A stretch of 64,000 nucleotides of DNA, from assembly GCA_976551045.1 (NCBI GenBank), contig CDPCPM010000021.1, forward strand, positions 10,354,001-10,418,000, given 5' to 3'. Every line of letters begins with the position of its first letter. Position 1 is the first letter of the stretch. The notes beneath the pieces were generated by a model. The model had not been told where the DNA came from. It worked only from the letters and a program-made list of their open reading frames with translations, and did not search any database. This stretch comes from Glaucostegus cemiculus. Lineage: Eukaryota. Positions 34,961 through 49,004 of the stretch are shown one piece after another. The position numbers and the translations under genes were made by a program.

Positions 34961-37639
34961 CTAACACAGATATTGAGTCAATTATGAATGTACCACTTTC
35001 TCAACGTTATCCAAAATACTTTGATTGTAAACATAAAGCTTAAAGATAGAATACAAAGAATAATTAACAGATCTATTGCCTAATTAATGCCTTCCATAAC
35101 CTGTGTGGGTTCTGCTGAGTTACATCTCTGTATATCTGAGAGCCAAATGATGACAGCTTATGTTGTTCAGCAAAAACACTTGCCCTGGGATAAAGGTAAT
35201 TGAACTTGCAATAACTCCACAATGTTTGGAAGATCAACAGCAGAATTGATAATCCAGTTGCAATTCTATCCTAATCATGTTTGACCAGTGCTAGCTGGTG
35301 ACCAGGTGGAGTTATTACAGTATACGTGGAAAGTTAACTCTGTGTATGAATTGAAGACTGAGATAATTATTCACCGATGGGAAAAGACTGAAGGGGCTAT
35401 TTGTGTTTATTGTTAATGTCCACTTGCTTCTGACAGCTCTGCTGTCTCGTGGCAATGGTCTTTTTAGTGCAATTACTGTCAGGCAGTTTATTCCAGCAGG
35501 GATTAAACACAGCTGTAATGGAGTGCTGCACCATTTAAGATAATTATTAGGGAGTACGTTCCATCTGACAAATAATTTATGAGATATTTTGGGACTGTTA
35601 ATCATAAGTGTTCAATCCAAGTTAAATATTGTTTGAAGGCTATCACAAATGTGTACAATAGGAACAACAGCATTTATATGGCACCTTTAAAGTAGCAACT
35701 CAAGGTTCTTTACAGAAGCATTGTCAAACAAAATGTAGAGATGTCCAAAATATTAGTCAGAGTATAATTCAAGGAGAATGATGAAGAAGGAGGGAAAGAT
35801 AGGGAGGCAGAGATGTTTAGGGAGGAAGTTTATATTATGTTATATTAGACTTTCTGGTAGCTGGGAATCACAGTGGCATTAGGCACACGTTGGGAAATGG
35901 ACTCTGACGCTATCATGTTTAAAATCCTGGGCTTCACACTTAGACATCTGGTTCAGTGCATCAGAGGGCTGAAATGACCCTACATATTCCTTGATCCTCC
36001 ATGTATCATGAAATTCTATTCAGCACCCCAACACTACTATTGACACTTGTGTGTACTTGGCTGCATCACTCCTCCTTTATTCAAGATTGGTGGCAGTGAG
36101 CTTTAGAAACCATTCTGCGGCACACAGAGATTCAGGGCCGCAGACAGACGAATGGGGCTCCTCTCAAGCAGCTAATGTTTGCAGTTTAATGTGGCTTCCT
36201 TTACATCTACATTAGCTCCCATATGAAGCCGAGTTTCTGTCAAGTATTTACCCAATTCCCTTTTGAAGGGTACTATTTAATCTGCTTCTAGCACTCTTGC
36301 AGTCAATGCATTCCAGATTAAAACAATTTGCGAAGTAAAATGTCACCTCTGGTTCATTGTCCAATCATCTAAATCTGTTTTCACTGATTATTCTGCCTCT
36401 GGAAATGATTTATCAATTTTTTTTCTCAAGAGAAAAAACTTGTCCATGTTTTAAACATTGACACTTAGATTCTCATCTTAGTGCTCTCTGTCCTAACCAA
36501 AATATCTCAGCAAAATATCCATGAAGTCAGAAACCCTTCTTCAAGACCCAGCCATTCTTTCTAATGTGCACTGCCCAGAATGGAACACAATAATGCACTT
36601 GAGTGCTTAGCATGTCATCCTTGTACTCTCCTTCTAACCTTCAGGTATGGTTCCTATTGCCAGAAATTTGGAACTTTGAAAAAACATAGATGACAGAGGC
36701 TGCTTGGTGGATATCAGTGCAAAATCATCAGAAGATGAGTCCCCTTATGTTTAGGTGGAGACTTCCTCTCAGCAACATCAGGAAGATATCAGGATGTTTG
36801 CGCTCTCCCACCCACCCCCACATACACCACCCCGCATGAGCCCCTCCTATCACCAACCACAGCCACATTCCCCCCGCGCCCACCTCCTGCCGTTCTCCTA
36901 GTGGTTGTGAGCAATCTTGTACTGTGAACTAAACATATTGGTGGACTGAGCGACTAACAAATTATCAATGTGTCCTGCGCACTTCCTCACTGGTTTTGAA
37001 TGCTGCCACTTTTGGTTCTCTAAAGTGCATTAACAGACATGCCATCTTAACAACGTACACATCTGTAGCCACTATTAAAAAGTAGTTCATTCCAAATGGG
37101 AAACTGGTAGAATTGAGCTTTAGCTGCAGGTGGGTAACAGATGATTTTAATCATATTTTGTTTAAATCCATGGTTTTATCTTTTTTTTCCTGACAAACTG
37201 ATGTTTCCTGTGATTCAAAGCTGTATTAGGTCAGCCACAAAATTTCTGAATGGCCAAACAGACTTGAGGGGCTGAATGGCCTTCTTTTGCTCCTATATGA
37301 TTGATTCATTGTCTTTTATTTCCCCAGTTAACCTGCTTTTACAGAGAGATGTAGTTATTTTTAGTATGCTGTTTCATCTTGCAACAAAACCCTTCAAATG
37401 CCGTTTTCGGTCTTTTTGAAGATATCATAAAATAGTGAAACATGAGCAAAAATAAAGGAAGACTTGGCAGAGATTTGCAAGTTATAAACAATATTAAAAC
37501 AAAAAGTTTGATCATGGATAACACTGCCAGCTAAGTTGTAATATAACAGGAAAGGCACAGAAGTAAATAATCCAAGAGGAAATTTAAGGGAAATATCATT
37601 ATCCAGAAAGTATTAGAACATTAATAACAGTCTTATAGT

Positions 37640-38160
37640 CATGAAGAAGGGCCCTGACCCAAACCTTGACTTTTCTTCATGGATGCTGTCTGGCCAGCTG
37701 AGTTCCTCCAGCATCGTAGTATTTTTCATCTAAATTCCAGCATCTGCAGTCCTTTATTTCTTTAGTAATTAGACCAGCATCTATCATCAAAGACCACCAT
37801 CATCTTGGCCATGCCATCTTCTTGCAGCTGCCTGTGGGCAGGAGGTACAGAAGCCTGAAGTCCCACACCACCAAGTTCAAAAACAGCTACTTCCCTTCAA
37901 CCATTTGGTTCTTGAACCAACTGGCACAACCCTAATCACTACCTCCTGATGAACATTTTGACCACTTTGCACAACAATGGACTTTTTTTTCCTGACTGTT
38001 CTTTCTTGTATAATTTTGTATAATTTATGTTTAATTTATGTTTTTCTTGTGAATGTTTTGTTTCTAATGTTATGTGCATGTGATGCTGCTGCAAGTAAGT
38101 TTTTCATTGCACCTGTACCTACATGTACTTGTGCATATGATAATCAACTAGATTTGAATT
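37640..38160 (+). mobile_element. Penelope-derived fragment (37640-37760) followed by a Rex1-type 3' fragment
   Basis: TGAAGAAGGGCCCTGACCC..CTGAGTTCCTCCAGCATC, then CATCAAAGACCACC..GGCAGGAGGTACAGAAGCCTGAAGTCCCACACC and its tail. Confidence 0.75.
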
Positions 38161-38214
38161 GACGTGGAACTGGCCCTCACTTGGAGTAGCTTAGGCAAAT
38201 AGCATACACTCATT

Positions 38215-39395
38215 TATTTTTTAATTAACTTTTTGGATGTTGATTTGCTGGAAAGGCCAGCATTTATTGCCTATCCTTAAGCAATGGTGGGCTGCCTTCT
38301 TGAACCACTAAAGTCCTTTTGGTGAAGGTAGTTTTACAGTGCTGTTGGAGAGGGAGTTTCACATCCAGATCAGGAGATGTAACAAGTGTGACTTTCTGTG
38401 TGACTTTATGGGTGGTGGGGTTCCAATGAATCTGATGCCCTTGTCCTTGTTTGTGGGAGATGTCATGATTTAAAAAGTTCTGTTAGAGTAGCAGTGCATG
38501 TTGTAGATGGTGCACAGTGCAGATACAGTGCGCCAGTAGTGGAAGGAATAAATGCTTAGGGTGATGAGTGGGGAGCATACAAAGTGGGCTGCTTTGTCCT
38601 ATATAGTGTTGAACTTCTGGAATGCTGTTGGAGCTGCACTCATCTTGACAAATGAAGAACATCCTATCACACTATTGACTTGTGTTTTATAGATATTAGG
38701 AAGGTTTCAGGAGGAGAGTCACTTGCCACAAGACACGCAACCTCTGATATTCTGTACCCACAGTGTTTATGTGCTGCATTTCTGGTCAATGGTGACCATG
38801 AGGATATTGATAGTGGGGTATTGGTGTTGGTCATGCCATTGAATATCAAGGGAAAGTGGTTAGAACCTCCCTTTGGAGAGGGCCATTGCCTGGCACTTTT
38901 GTGGAAAGTATTTTACCTGTCTCTTATAAGACCATGCCTGAATGTTGTTGAGATCTTTCTGCATGCAAGTATGGACCAGTTCATTTGCTGAGGAATTGGA
39001 AATGGAATTCAACATACTGCAGTCATCGTGGAATGAAAGTCATTGTTGGTTAGGCCTCATGCAATGATGTCCTGGTGCTGGGATTATTGACTTCCAAAAA
39101 CCACAACCATTATTCTTTCTACAAGTTATGACCCACCATTGGAGTGTTTTTTATATGATATGCATTGATTTTAATTTTATCAGGGGTCCTTGATATCACA
39201 CATATTCAAATTCTGTTTTGATGCCAAGGGCAGTCACTATCACGTCTTTGGTCCATATTTGGACCAAGGCAGTGATAAAGTCTGGAATTGAGTAGCCTTG
39301 GAGAAACCCCAACTAGCCATTGGTGAGCAGTTTATAAGAGAGAAAATGCTTCTTGATATGACTGTTTAAGATACCATCCAACACCTGGCTGATGA
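38215..39395 (-). mobile_element. Old L2/CR1-group LINE remnant
   Basis: Antisense tail GGCCAGCATTTATTGCCTATCC (sense copies at ~49420 and ~55420). Upstream decayed RT on the minus strand (GACTGCCCTTGGCATCAAAACAGAATTTGAA, ALDxxxxFD-like). Confidence 0.65.
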
Positions 39396-42009
39396 CTTAA
39401 GGAAAAGTAGGTTTTTTTTCACTGTATGGTATAATTATATGTATAATTTATGAGTAATTTATATTCTGTGTTGTTTGTACCTACATACCTCTGATGCAAG
39501 TTTTTCATTGTACTGTACCTCACTGTATTTGTCCACATGACAATAAACTCGACTTGGCTTGACTTGATAAGTGGAAGTTATAGTAACAGGGCAAGATGAT
39601 GAGGAGAAGGAGGCAGCTCAGGTCCAGCACACACAAGCTGGTATAGGCAGTGCAGACCAGATGGGCTCAGTGGTTCTTTTCTGTGCTAAAATTCCATGTC
39701 AATTTAAAACTTTTAAAAGGCCAATTAAGAACTCAGGCCATTAAGCTCTTAGATTTGCTAATGCCAATGACCTTGTGAAAAGCACTCAAAGAAACAGTTG
39801 ATGAGTTAGGAGTGATAAGTGGTGTCCAAGGAGGAATGAGGAGGATGACCCACAGTTTAGGGAAGATATTCTGAGGAGCTTATAAAGAAGAATAAGATAT
39901 GGAAAACCAGAGAAGAAAGAACTAAAATATTCATGGAAATATGAATCGTCAAAGGCATGCCAAACTTCAGTAGTTTAATAAGAGCAATTACAATGTCTTA
40001 AGATGATTACATTTCTAATAATGTCTCTTGAAGTCACGAAAGCATTCTTACATTTATGCTACAGTTATTTTTAATAATCATATTAAAATCACACCTCTTT
40101 TTTCTTTCCAACATGAATATTTTGTATTCTTCACCTGACTGTCCACTCTTGGAAAATGAAAATTAATGGATTACCATCAGGGTTAGGGAATGGGGTGGAA
40201 CAAGGGAGTGCTGTGTAGAGCATAAATTGCTGGATAGTTTTCCAGCTTGATATGTGCCTGTTGTGGAACAAATGGATAGTTCAGGAAAATTTGCAGAAGA
40301 GGTTCTAGACTAGAGAAGAAATCAGTGCCCAAAAATCCTGCTGGACGCTTATCTGATTAAAGGATGGGATCTAAAGCACATAGGACAAATTATTTCAAGT
40401 ACTATAGCTACAAGTACTTGAGCAATAATTCAATGTCATTCTGGGCATTGCTTTGTAGCATAACCAAATCTTGGCCATGTCCCACTCAGCCTCCTGTTTA
40501 AAGGAGCTGAAAGGGACCGTGATTTTAGTTTTATTAAGTGGCACACTTTCTTGTCAGAACGTGGACCCACTTCCAACCATCTGGAGGCCAGTGTTTCTTA
40601 ATTCACCTTGTATGCCAAGCCAAATTATTCAGTCTGGTGATAGCTTCCCTGCCCTTAAGCAGGCTCACCTGACACTCCCACAAATGCTATCTGCCATTTT
40701 CTGTCAATTCCGATAGGACACATCAGAACCCATCGGAACCTTCAGCTTAGTTTTCCATGTGAGTGCCCTTCTATTTTAAGCAACCAAGGGCTCGCTGTTG
40801 CCTTGTCTTTTTCTACACACTGGGGGATTGGATTGTTCACATATTAAATAGGAGCTTCTCAAATTTCTTTCACTACCTATGAGTCTTATCCCACTCAAAT
40901 CACCTGAGGTGGTGGGAACATAGCTGGGATCATCGCAGGGCAGGCAGCCATTTCCCAGCACTGACCTCTCTTTTCACACTCAAACCATTCAGGCACACAC
41001 ACCTACCTCCCAAACACCCTCACTCGTATGCAGAGGACAGTCGATATGTCCAGGAATGGCAAAAGCAGCCGAAAACATCACTAGTTGGGAAGACCAGGAT
41101 TAAAGGCAGAACTAAAGCAAAGCAGGTGCAGGGCAATTGAATTTTACTTAGTTATCAGTCAAATGAAACTGGCAGAAAGGTGAATTGATTAACACTTTCT
41201 TCCCACCTAGCAACCTCTCTCTGTCCATGTCCTTGCAACAGGGAAGCCAGAAGGATGTGTAAAAGTTAAACAAGTGGGAAACTCTGAGGCAAAATAAAAC
41301 TTAATTTCATGTGCATATCAAAATAAGATAAAGAAACGTGTATCACTTTATTCAATTTTTAACCTCCTGATAGTGGAAGAACAAGTGTATACTATCTTCC
41401 CTGCTATTGGGATATCACAAAGTGTTTCATAGTGGAGTTATTAGTTTTGCAGTGTAAGCACCATCGTTCTGTAGACAAACCTGGCATGATGCTTCACAAA
41501 TAGTGGTGAGAGGATGACAAGGTAACCTTATTCTCTGGTGGATGTCTGGGACAAGTTTGCATTTCTTTGAATAATGAGACTCTTATGGCCACCCAACAGA
41601 CCAACAATGCTTCAGCACCTGGCCCTGGGCTCAGAGGAAAGTGCTCTTCCTGAGCCATTTCAGATGGAAGAGCAGCAATATTTAATCAGGAGTGAAGTTT
41701 CAGCTAACAGCAAGGCTAAAGCACAGAAGTTGGTTCATTAGGAAAATCTGCTCAGCAAGTCTCATTAAAGAATAAGCTCAGTTCCGAATGTTTTTCATGT
41801 GATCATCTCACAGAAGATTCCTCCTCAATGTCCTGGTGGCTATTCAGGGACTTTCTCAGTGTGTTGTCAGAATCTTGTTCTGCCTTTAATTGGCCATTGA
41901 GCTCCTTCCCTTCTCTGGCCAAACTTCAAACAGCAAAATGGTAATTTTTTTTATATTCATTCACAGAATGTCAGCTTTGCTGACAAAGCCATCACTTATA
42001 AGCTATCAT

Positions 42010-42540
42010 GGGGGCATGAAAACAGTTCCTTCAGCCCACTGGGTCTGCACCAGCCATCAAACACCCAATTTTACCCTCATCCCATTTTATTCTCCCCCAG
42101 ATTATACCATTTACGTACACACTAGGGGCAATTTACGATGGACAATTAACCTAGTAGCTCGCATGCCTTTGGGATGTGGGAGGAAACCCATGCAGTCATA
42201 GGGAGAACCTGCAAGGTTCACACAAACATTGGAGCTGGGAGGCAGCAGCTCAACTAGCTGAACCACCCTTCATGTCCCAAAGATATGCTGGTTGGTAGGG
42301 GATTAGTTGCCCTATAAACTGCTGCATTGCCCCTTCATATCCAAAAGATATGCTGGTTGGTCGGTAATTAGTTGCTGTAGACTGCTCAGTGTAGGTGGGT
42401 GACAGGATGGGGGAGTGAACTGATGGGCACATGAAAGAGAATGGGTTACAGGGAGATAAGTGGGGGATTAGGATTGATGGGATTGTTCTGAGAGCTGGCA
42501 TAGACTCAATGGGCTGAATAGCTTCCTACATCATGACTGC
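42010..42540. mobile_element. Two V-SINE remnants in opposite orientation; the second has a small internal tandem duplication
   Basis: Antisense copy 42010-42260 and sense copy 42270-42540. AAAGATATGCTGGTTGGT occurs twice, ~65 nt apart. Confidence 0.7.
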
Positions 42541-42759
42541 TATGAAATATAAAGCCTCAGCTCAGAGGGTTGATTCTTATATTTGCTTTCAGATGAGAGC
42601 CTCACGGAACACTGGCTTACAACAGAAGTATCACCTGAGAAGCAGATATTGATCCAGAGTTGATCCAGCACTGTGTGGGGTGGTGCCCTTTCATGCATGA
42701 CTGGATTCAGTTGTCTGATGGCCACAGTTGGCCCTTATATTTTTGCAAATTGAGTCACA

Positions 42760-43040
42760 TGTTGATAGAACACAGCACCGGAACAGGCCTTTCATCCCAC
42801 CAAGTCTGCTCCGAACATGACACCACATTAAATTAAATCTCTTCTGCCTGATCATGATCCATATCTCTCCATTTCCTGCATATTCATGTCTGTCTAACAG
42901 ACTCTTAAATTCCACTATCATATCTGCTTCCACCACTATCCCTGGCAGTCGGTTCCAGGCACCCACCACTCTCTGTGTAAAAAAATGTACCCCACACATC
43001 TCCTTTAAATTTGCACCCCCCTCCCCACCTTGGGAAAACC
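42760..43040 (-). mobile_element. CR1 3' end
   Basis: Minus ORF ..FFTQRVVGAWNRLPGIVVEA..FKSLLDRH and the tail GAAAGGCCTGTTCCGGTGCTGTGTTCTA. Confidence 0.85.
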
Positions 43041-44499
43041 TTATTATCCTATCGCGCACAGCCATTGGGGAAACCTTCTCTGTATTAACCATGTCAAATA
43101 GTGTATTCGTGTCCTGAAAAATGCAACCACGCATTGAAAATTTGTTTATGTTCTTTATAATGATCTAGAAGTAACCATTGCCTGGAAAATCAACCCCAAT
43201 TAGGAACTATGTACAATTGAGATCAATGGAACTGAAGGTTGAAGATGGGGTATAACACACTGCTGTCAATACATATCATTTTCAGCACTATTACCCAGAG
43301 CTGAATTTCTCGGTATAATGTTGAATACGGCGCTGAACTTGACTGCCTACAGCTGGGCTCGTGGATGAGGTTATCTGCCTATTTGTTGCTCCCTAATGAG
43401 CCCACATTATCCTTAAGCGTTGCTATTTAGTGTTGGCCAGGGCTGGAGAAACTTTCAATGTTAGGAGCATCCAAATACTATCTGCTCAACCAGACATCTC
43501 TTTCTAATCAGAGGTCATAAGGGCAGACTGCTGAATCTAATCCCCATAACTCTGAACTCAATTATAATCCAGCTGTTTTTGCAGTCTGGCTTTCAGAAAT
43601 ATCTTGCATCCAATCTGGTGCATAACTACCCTTTGAGTGCAATGAGTGCATAATTAATGCACATTTGCTTAGAGCCTCATGCATGTTTAGCACACCAAAT
43701 TCAGTCTGTTCATCACAGCAGTGACAGGAGTAGTTAGCCACAGGAATTCTGCTCTCGAACTAGTTTAGTGATAGGCCCCTTCTTCCTCAGTATTTCAAAT
43801 GCTCCATTCCAAAAGTGAAAAATTAGGTCAACGCTGTATTTTAGTTGGAACACAATAAATACCTTACCTCAGAAATAGTGCTCTTCCCCCCTCTCCCGAT
43901 AAAAAAGAAATTATGCCTCACCATTTAAATTAGACACAAACATTTTCTTTTGAAAGATAATCGATTAGGTCAGCACTGTAGGCACTGACAGCGGATATGC
44001 CTGAAGAGTGGGGATGTGTGAGCTGATTTTGAGAATATATTTAAATGACTTGTCAGGCTGTCAGGCACGGCTTCTTCCTTTGCTTTTTTTTCAGCTAATG
44101 GAATTTCAATGTCAAGAAAAAGCTGGGTTTTCCAATATTGCATGGCAGGCTCAAAATTGGCCCCTACACTCCCCCCCCAATCTTATCATTCCAGGAGAGG
44201 AAGTACTGAAATAACTCAGTGAGTACAACAGCTCGGAGAGAAGGTGGTAGGAGTGCTAAATGGCATCTTCAAAATTTTAACTGTCTTCAGAAACTAGGGT
44301 AATAAATACATGTGCTGCTGGAGCCTTGTCCTTCAGCAGCTTGGAGGCTTCTGCACGCAGTTGCACAAACACTGAATTCACAACCACAAACAGTACCACA
44401 CCTGCAAAGGACCAGTGCTTACCTCATTGGTGCTGCAAGTAATCTGGATGCAGAGCAGAGGTGGCTTGGAGCCCTCCACATGAAGGACCGAGCCAAGGA

Positions 44500-45120
44500 G
44501 ACGTACAGCACAGCAACAGGCCCTTCAGCCCATGAAGCATCCACCTATACTAATCCAATTTACCAGCACTTGACCCATAGCCTTCCACGTCTTGATGAGT
44601 CATAGCATCACAGAGAGATGCAGCATGGAAACAGGCCCTTTATCCCATTGAGTCTGCACTGACCATCAACCATCCACTTTGCACTAATCCAAAAATAATC
44701 CCACTTTTTGTTCTTCCCACATTCTTATCAAGTCTCCCCAGATTCTACCAACACCAGGGGCAATTTAGAGTGGTCAACTCGCACGTTCTTGGGAAGTGGG
44801 AGGAAACCAGAGCACACAGAGGAAACACACATGGTCAAAGGGAGAACATGAAAACCTCACACAGGCAGCATCCAGGATCAGTACTGAACCCTGGTTGCTG
44901 GCATTGTGAGGCAGTATCTCTACCAGTTGCACCATTGTGATACCCCTTGGTTCAAGTGTTTATCTATATGCTTCTTAAATGTGGTGAGAGTCTCTGCCTC
45001 CATCATCCTCTCGGGCAGTGCATTCTACATTTAAACCACCCACTGGGTAAAAAAAAATTTAGCTTATATCTGCTCTAAACCTTGCACTCCTTACCCCAAA
45101 CCTATGCCCTCTGCTTACAG
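44500..45120 (-). mobile_element. Antisense CR1 tail with a nested antisense V-SINE (44600-44940)
   Basis: CR1 tail segments at 44500-44590 and 44945-45120 flank a full-length SINE. Confidence 0.7.
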
Positions 45121-45524
45121 ACACATAGAATAAAATGTTGATTTTTGTAAGGATTACCAAATTAACTGCTCTGCTCTTCTGAATTTCCACAGGAAACTGC
45201 ATCCAGAAGTTAAAACAGAAGGTTAACGGTAAATTCAGATAAAATGGACATTCACAGTCTTGTTTACCAGCCAATGATTTCTGCTGGAAAGTGTGCATGA
45301 GTACGGGTTGAGTGATGGAGTGGTGGTGGGAAGGGGAGGATAAGTAAAGTGATAGCATGCAGTCCAATAGCTTCAATGTTACTGTTCAAGCCTACACTTT
45401 ATGAACAAGGTAAATGTTGGGGTAAGGAGAAAGGAAGCAAAGGAGAAGCCAATGGAGAAATTCCAGATTTCTCCCCTCTTTCTGCACCTGAAAGTAGATG
45501 TATAAAACAATTCATAGGTTAAAA

Positions 45525-45735
45525 AAAATGGCAGATGCTAGAAATCTGAAATTAAAGAAACAGAAAATGCTGGAAATAACCAGCAGGTCAGGCAGCAGAT
45601 TTGGAGACCAAATTAGAGTTAATGTTTCCGGTCAGAACCAGGCTATCCACCTGAAACATTCACTCTTATTTTCTGTCCACAGACACTGCCTTACCCGCTG
45701 AGTATTTCCAGCATTTTCTGTTTTATTTCAATTAA
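45525..45735. mobile_element. Penelope-derived palindromic repeat
   Basis: AAACAGAAAATGCTGGAAATA..GAGTTAATGTTTCCGGT / ACCTGAAACATTCACTC..TATTTCCAGCATTTTCTGTTT. Confidence 0.75.
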
Positions 45736-46599
45736 GTAATAAAATAGCTGAGTATTTCCAGTATTTTTATTTTTTAATTGAAATAAAACAGAAAATGTTG
45801 GAAATGTTTTTCCTTCCAGTCCTAGGAGAGACTGGCAATGTGTAACAAGGTAATGCAAGAGAAATCTGTAAGTGCAATTGCCCCTCTGTGCTTACTTCCA
45901 TTTGGGGGTGGGAGGGGCATCTAGTGATCAGTTAACTGTGTGCATGTACCTGACCTTATGACTCAGAGTAAGGAGTCAGTACCCCACTCATCTCTGATGA
46001 TCACAGGTCTAAAATCCATTCTAGATTGCCACGTCTGAGCACTACTGATGGAGTGCTAAATTGTCAGCGGTGCCATATTTTGAATCAGATATTTAATTAA
46101 AGCTTGATTTATCTGTTGAGGTGGATAGGACATCTAATATCTGGACTAACAGTCCTCTCTCATCCATGGCGAAAAATACATCAGCTGCTGATCCACCTCA
46201 CTTCCTCTGTTGATTGTCTGCAATGTTTATTTCCAATAGAAACTCTGGCTCAAAATGACTTATTGACCGTGAGATGCTTTGGGTGATTTTAAACATGCCA
46301 TATAAAGAGCAGTTTTTTAAAATACTTTTTAACATGTAAATATGTCCAAAGATAATTTATTGTTATCCATCCATCAGTGACTGATGCATGGAAGAGCATT
46401 TTATAAATAGGGAGCAACCTTATGGCCTTTTCTCTCCTCTTGCGTGGATGTCGCTGCTGAAACTAAATTGTAAAGGCTAATCAAACAGTTTCGATTCAGA
46501 AACGTGATGTTACAGTTGGAAATTAACACCTGGAGCTGGAACTTAACCAAGTCTATTGACTGGGTACTGTTGAAAAATTGACTTACCAATGATGACATA

Positions 46600-46870
46600 A
46601 AAGGAAGCCATTCAGCCTGTCAGGTCAATGCTAGGTCCCAACAAAGCAATCCCATTAGTCCCATTCCCCTTTCTTTATCTCCAGCTTATTCTCTCTAACA
46701 CGTACCCATCAAGTTCCCTCTGTGACTCCATTGGACCTTCCCTATACTTAAGGGTAATTTTCAGCGGCCAATTGACCCGGCATCCAGGGATATGGGAAGA
46801 AAGCGGAGCACTGGGGAAACCCACACAGACACTGGGAGAATGTGCAAACTCCACACAGACAGGACATGTC
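46600..46870 (-). mobile_element. V-SINE remnant
   Basis: GGAGCACTGGGGAAACCCACACAGACACTGGGAGAATGTGCAAACTCCACACAGAC. Confidence 0.75.
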
Positions 46871-47029
46871 ACTTGAACTGTGGAACAAAATATGTGAAAC
46901 AAATCTCAAAAAATTGAACGAAGTGATAAGGAGTCGAATATTTGGTCCATGTTTAGATATCAATTTTGCTCTGAAGGATGGCATGGGATTGGTTGCTTCA
47001 AATGTGCATTACACAGATGTAAATATCTA

Positions 47030-47935
47030 ATACTAGAGGGCATACATTTGAAGTGAGACGGTGGAGTTCAAAGATGTGCAGGGCAAGTTTATTTACACAG
47101 ACGGTAGTGGGTGCCCAGAATCCACTGCCAGGGATGGTAGTGAAGGCAAATACAATAGGAGCATTTGAGGGAATCTTGGACAGGGACATATACGTGCAGA
47201 GAGTGGTGGGATATGGACATTGCGTAGGCAGAAGGGATTAGTTTAATTAGGTGTTTAATTATTAGTTTGGCACAACATCATGGGCTGAAGGGCCTGCTCT
47301 TGTGCTGTGCTGTTCTATGTTGTATATTCTGGATTTCCCTGGAGAGGAGGATGCTGAAAGCGGACCTGGTGGAGGTATACAAAATTAGGAGCACAAGGCG
47401 AGGGTGAGAGAGTAAACTTTTCCTCCATAAAAGAGTCTTCTAAAACCAGAGAGCATAGGATTAAGATGAGGAAAAACAGGGTTGGAGAGGATCAGACGGA
47501 AAAAAAAATTTGACCTGGGGGTGGTTAGAATCTGGAACACACCGCCTGAGGGTGTGATGGAGGCAGGTACTCTCACAACCTCTGGATGAGCACTTAAATC
47601 TCCAAGACATAGAAGACTATGATTAAGATTAAGATTATTTATTTAAATTATATAAATTAATTTTGTGGTTCTAATGTTTTTAATGTCTCTCTGTCTTTGT
47701 GTCTCTCAGTGTTTGTTTCTCTTTTTTTTTAATGTGACGTGCACCTTGACCTGTGGAGTACAGTATTTTGCTCCTATGCATACTGTATGTGTATATGGTA
47801 GTGACAATAAAACTGATTCTGATTCTGATTATGCACCAAGTGCTGATAAATGGGATCAGTATAAATAGGTACTTGATGGTTGACATGCCCACAGTGGGCT
47901 GTAGGATCTTTTGTCTGTGCTGTGTGAATCCATAA
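47030..47935 (+). mobile_element. Two tandem CR1 3' fragments; the second contains a Rex1-type tail (~47640-47830)
   Basis: TTTACACAGACGGTAGTGGGTGCC..GGGCTGAAGGGCCTG; GCTGAAAGCGGACCTGGTGGAGGTATACAAAATT; GACAATAAAACTGATTCTGATTCTGATT. Confidence 0.7.
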
Positions 47936-49004
47936 CTAAATGAGATTGTGGATGGTGTCCCCTCCTTCATGAATGATTATGCAGCTGTCACGTCATCTCC
48001 AAAGATGATTTAGTAAATTCTCTAATGAATTCTTTGATTTTCAATTCTCTATTCTGTTTAGAGTTTAATATTTAATGTGCATTTTGTCTAAATATTTCAT
48101 GTTTGCTTTTGCAAATCTGAAAATGTTTGTTTAAGGGAAATATCTTAAAATTAATTGAAACACAGTGTATATCTAGTCAGAATATAGATAAGGAGAAGCT
48201 TGTTGCAGCAATGTTAATGGCTCCTCTGCTATTTAAACACCTGAAAAAAGGCAAGGCAATCTTCTAATATGATAGTTTCTGAAATAGTGAAATTAATTAG
48301 GAGTAACCTGAGAGAAAGGTTTTTCCAATAGATCATTCTCTTCTCAGTTTCAGATCCTGACCTCTCTTTACTACAACCCTTCTTCTTTTACTTTCCAACC
48401 CCACAGTGTGGCCGAGGCTGCTTCAACCTTAACACACCAGTGCGTTTCCTTCCTGAGGAACATCACCCCTGTCAGTGTACTGTCCTCCTATAAGGCAACC
48501 ACCAGCCTATTGCTCCAAGCCCATTAGGAAGTAAAATTATGGTTGTACTCCAAAAGAAAAGCTTCCATTTGGAGAGGGTTCCTCTATCCAAGCTTAATAT
48601 CACCTAATCATTCCCATTTAGCCAGGGTGGCACAGTGGCACAGCTAGATGAGCGGCTGCCCCAGAGCTCCAGCAACCTGGGTTCAATCCTAACCACTGAC
48701 AGAGGTTCATACTTGTAGCTGGAGTTAGAGCAGAATCTGGCCACACAGTCATGAGTGTTATAACAGAAGGAAAGCTTTTTTTTTAAGCTCCTTGTTTTTG
48801 ACATATTATCTCAGTCTTCTTAAAAGGGTTATCACAGGAGTTTGAAGGCCACTAGCTGGTATAATTAATGGGCACATTGATAATGTGGAGGATTGTTAGA
48901 AGTTGTCCACAAAGTCATTTGTTGTCATTATATTTGGGCCCCATTTGAATGGAATTGAATGCAGTAACCCTGTCCAGATTGCATTCAAAAAGCCTTATGG
49001 GTAC

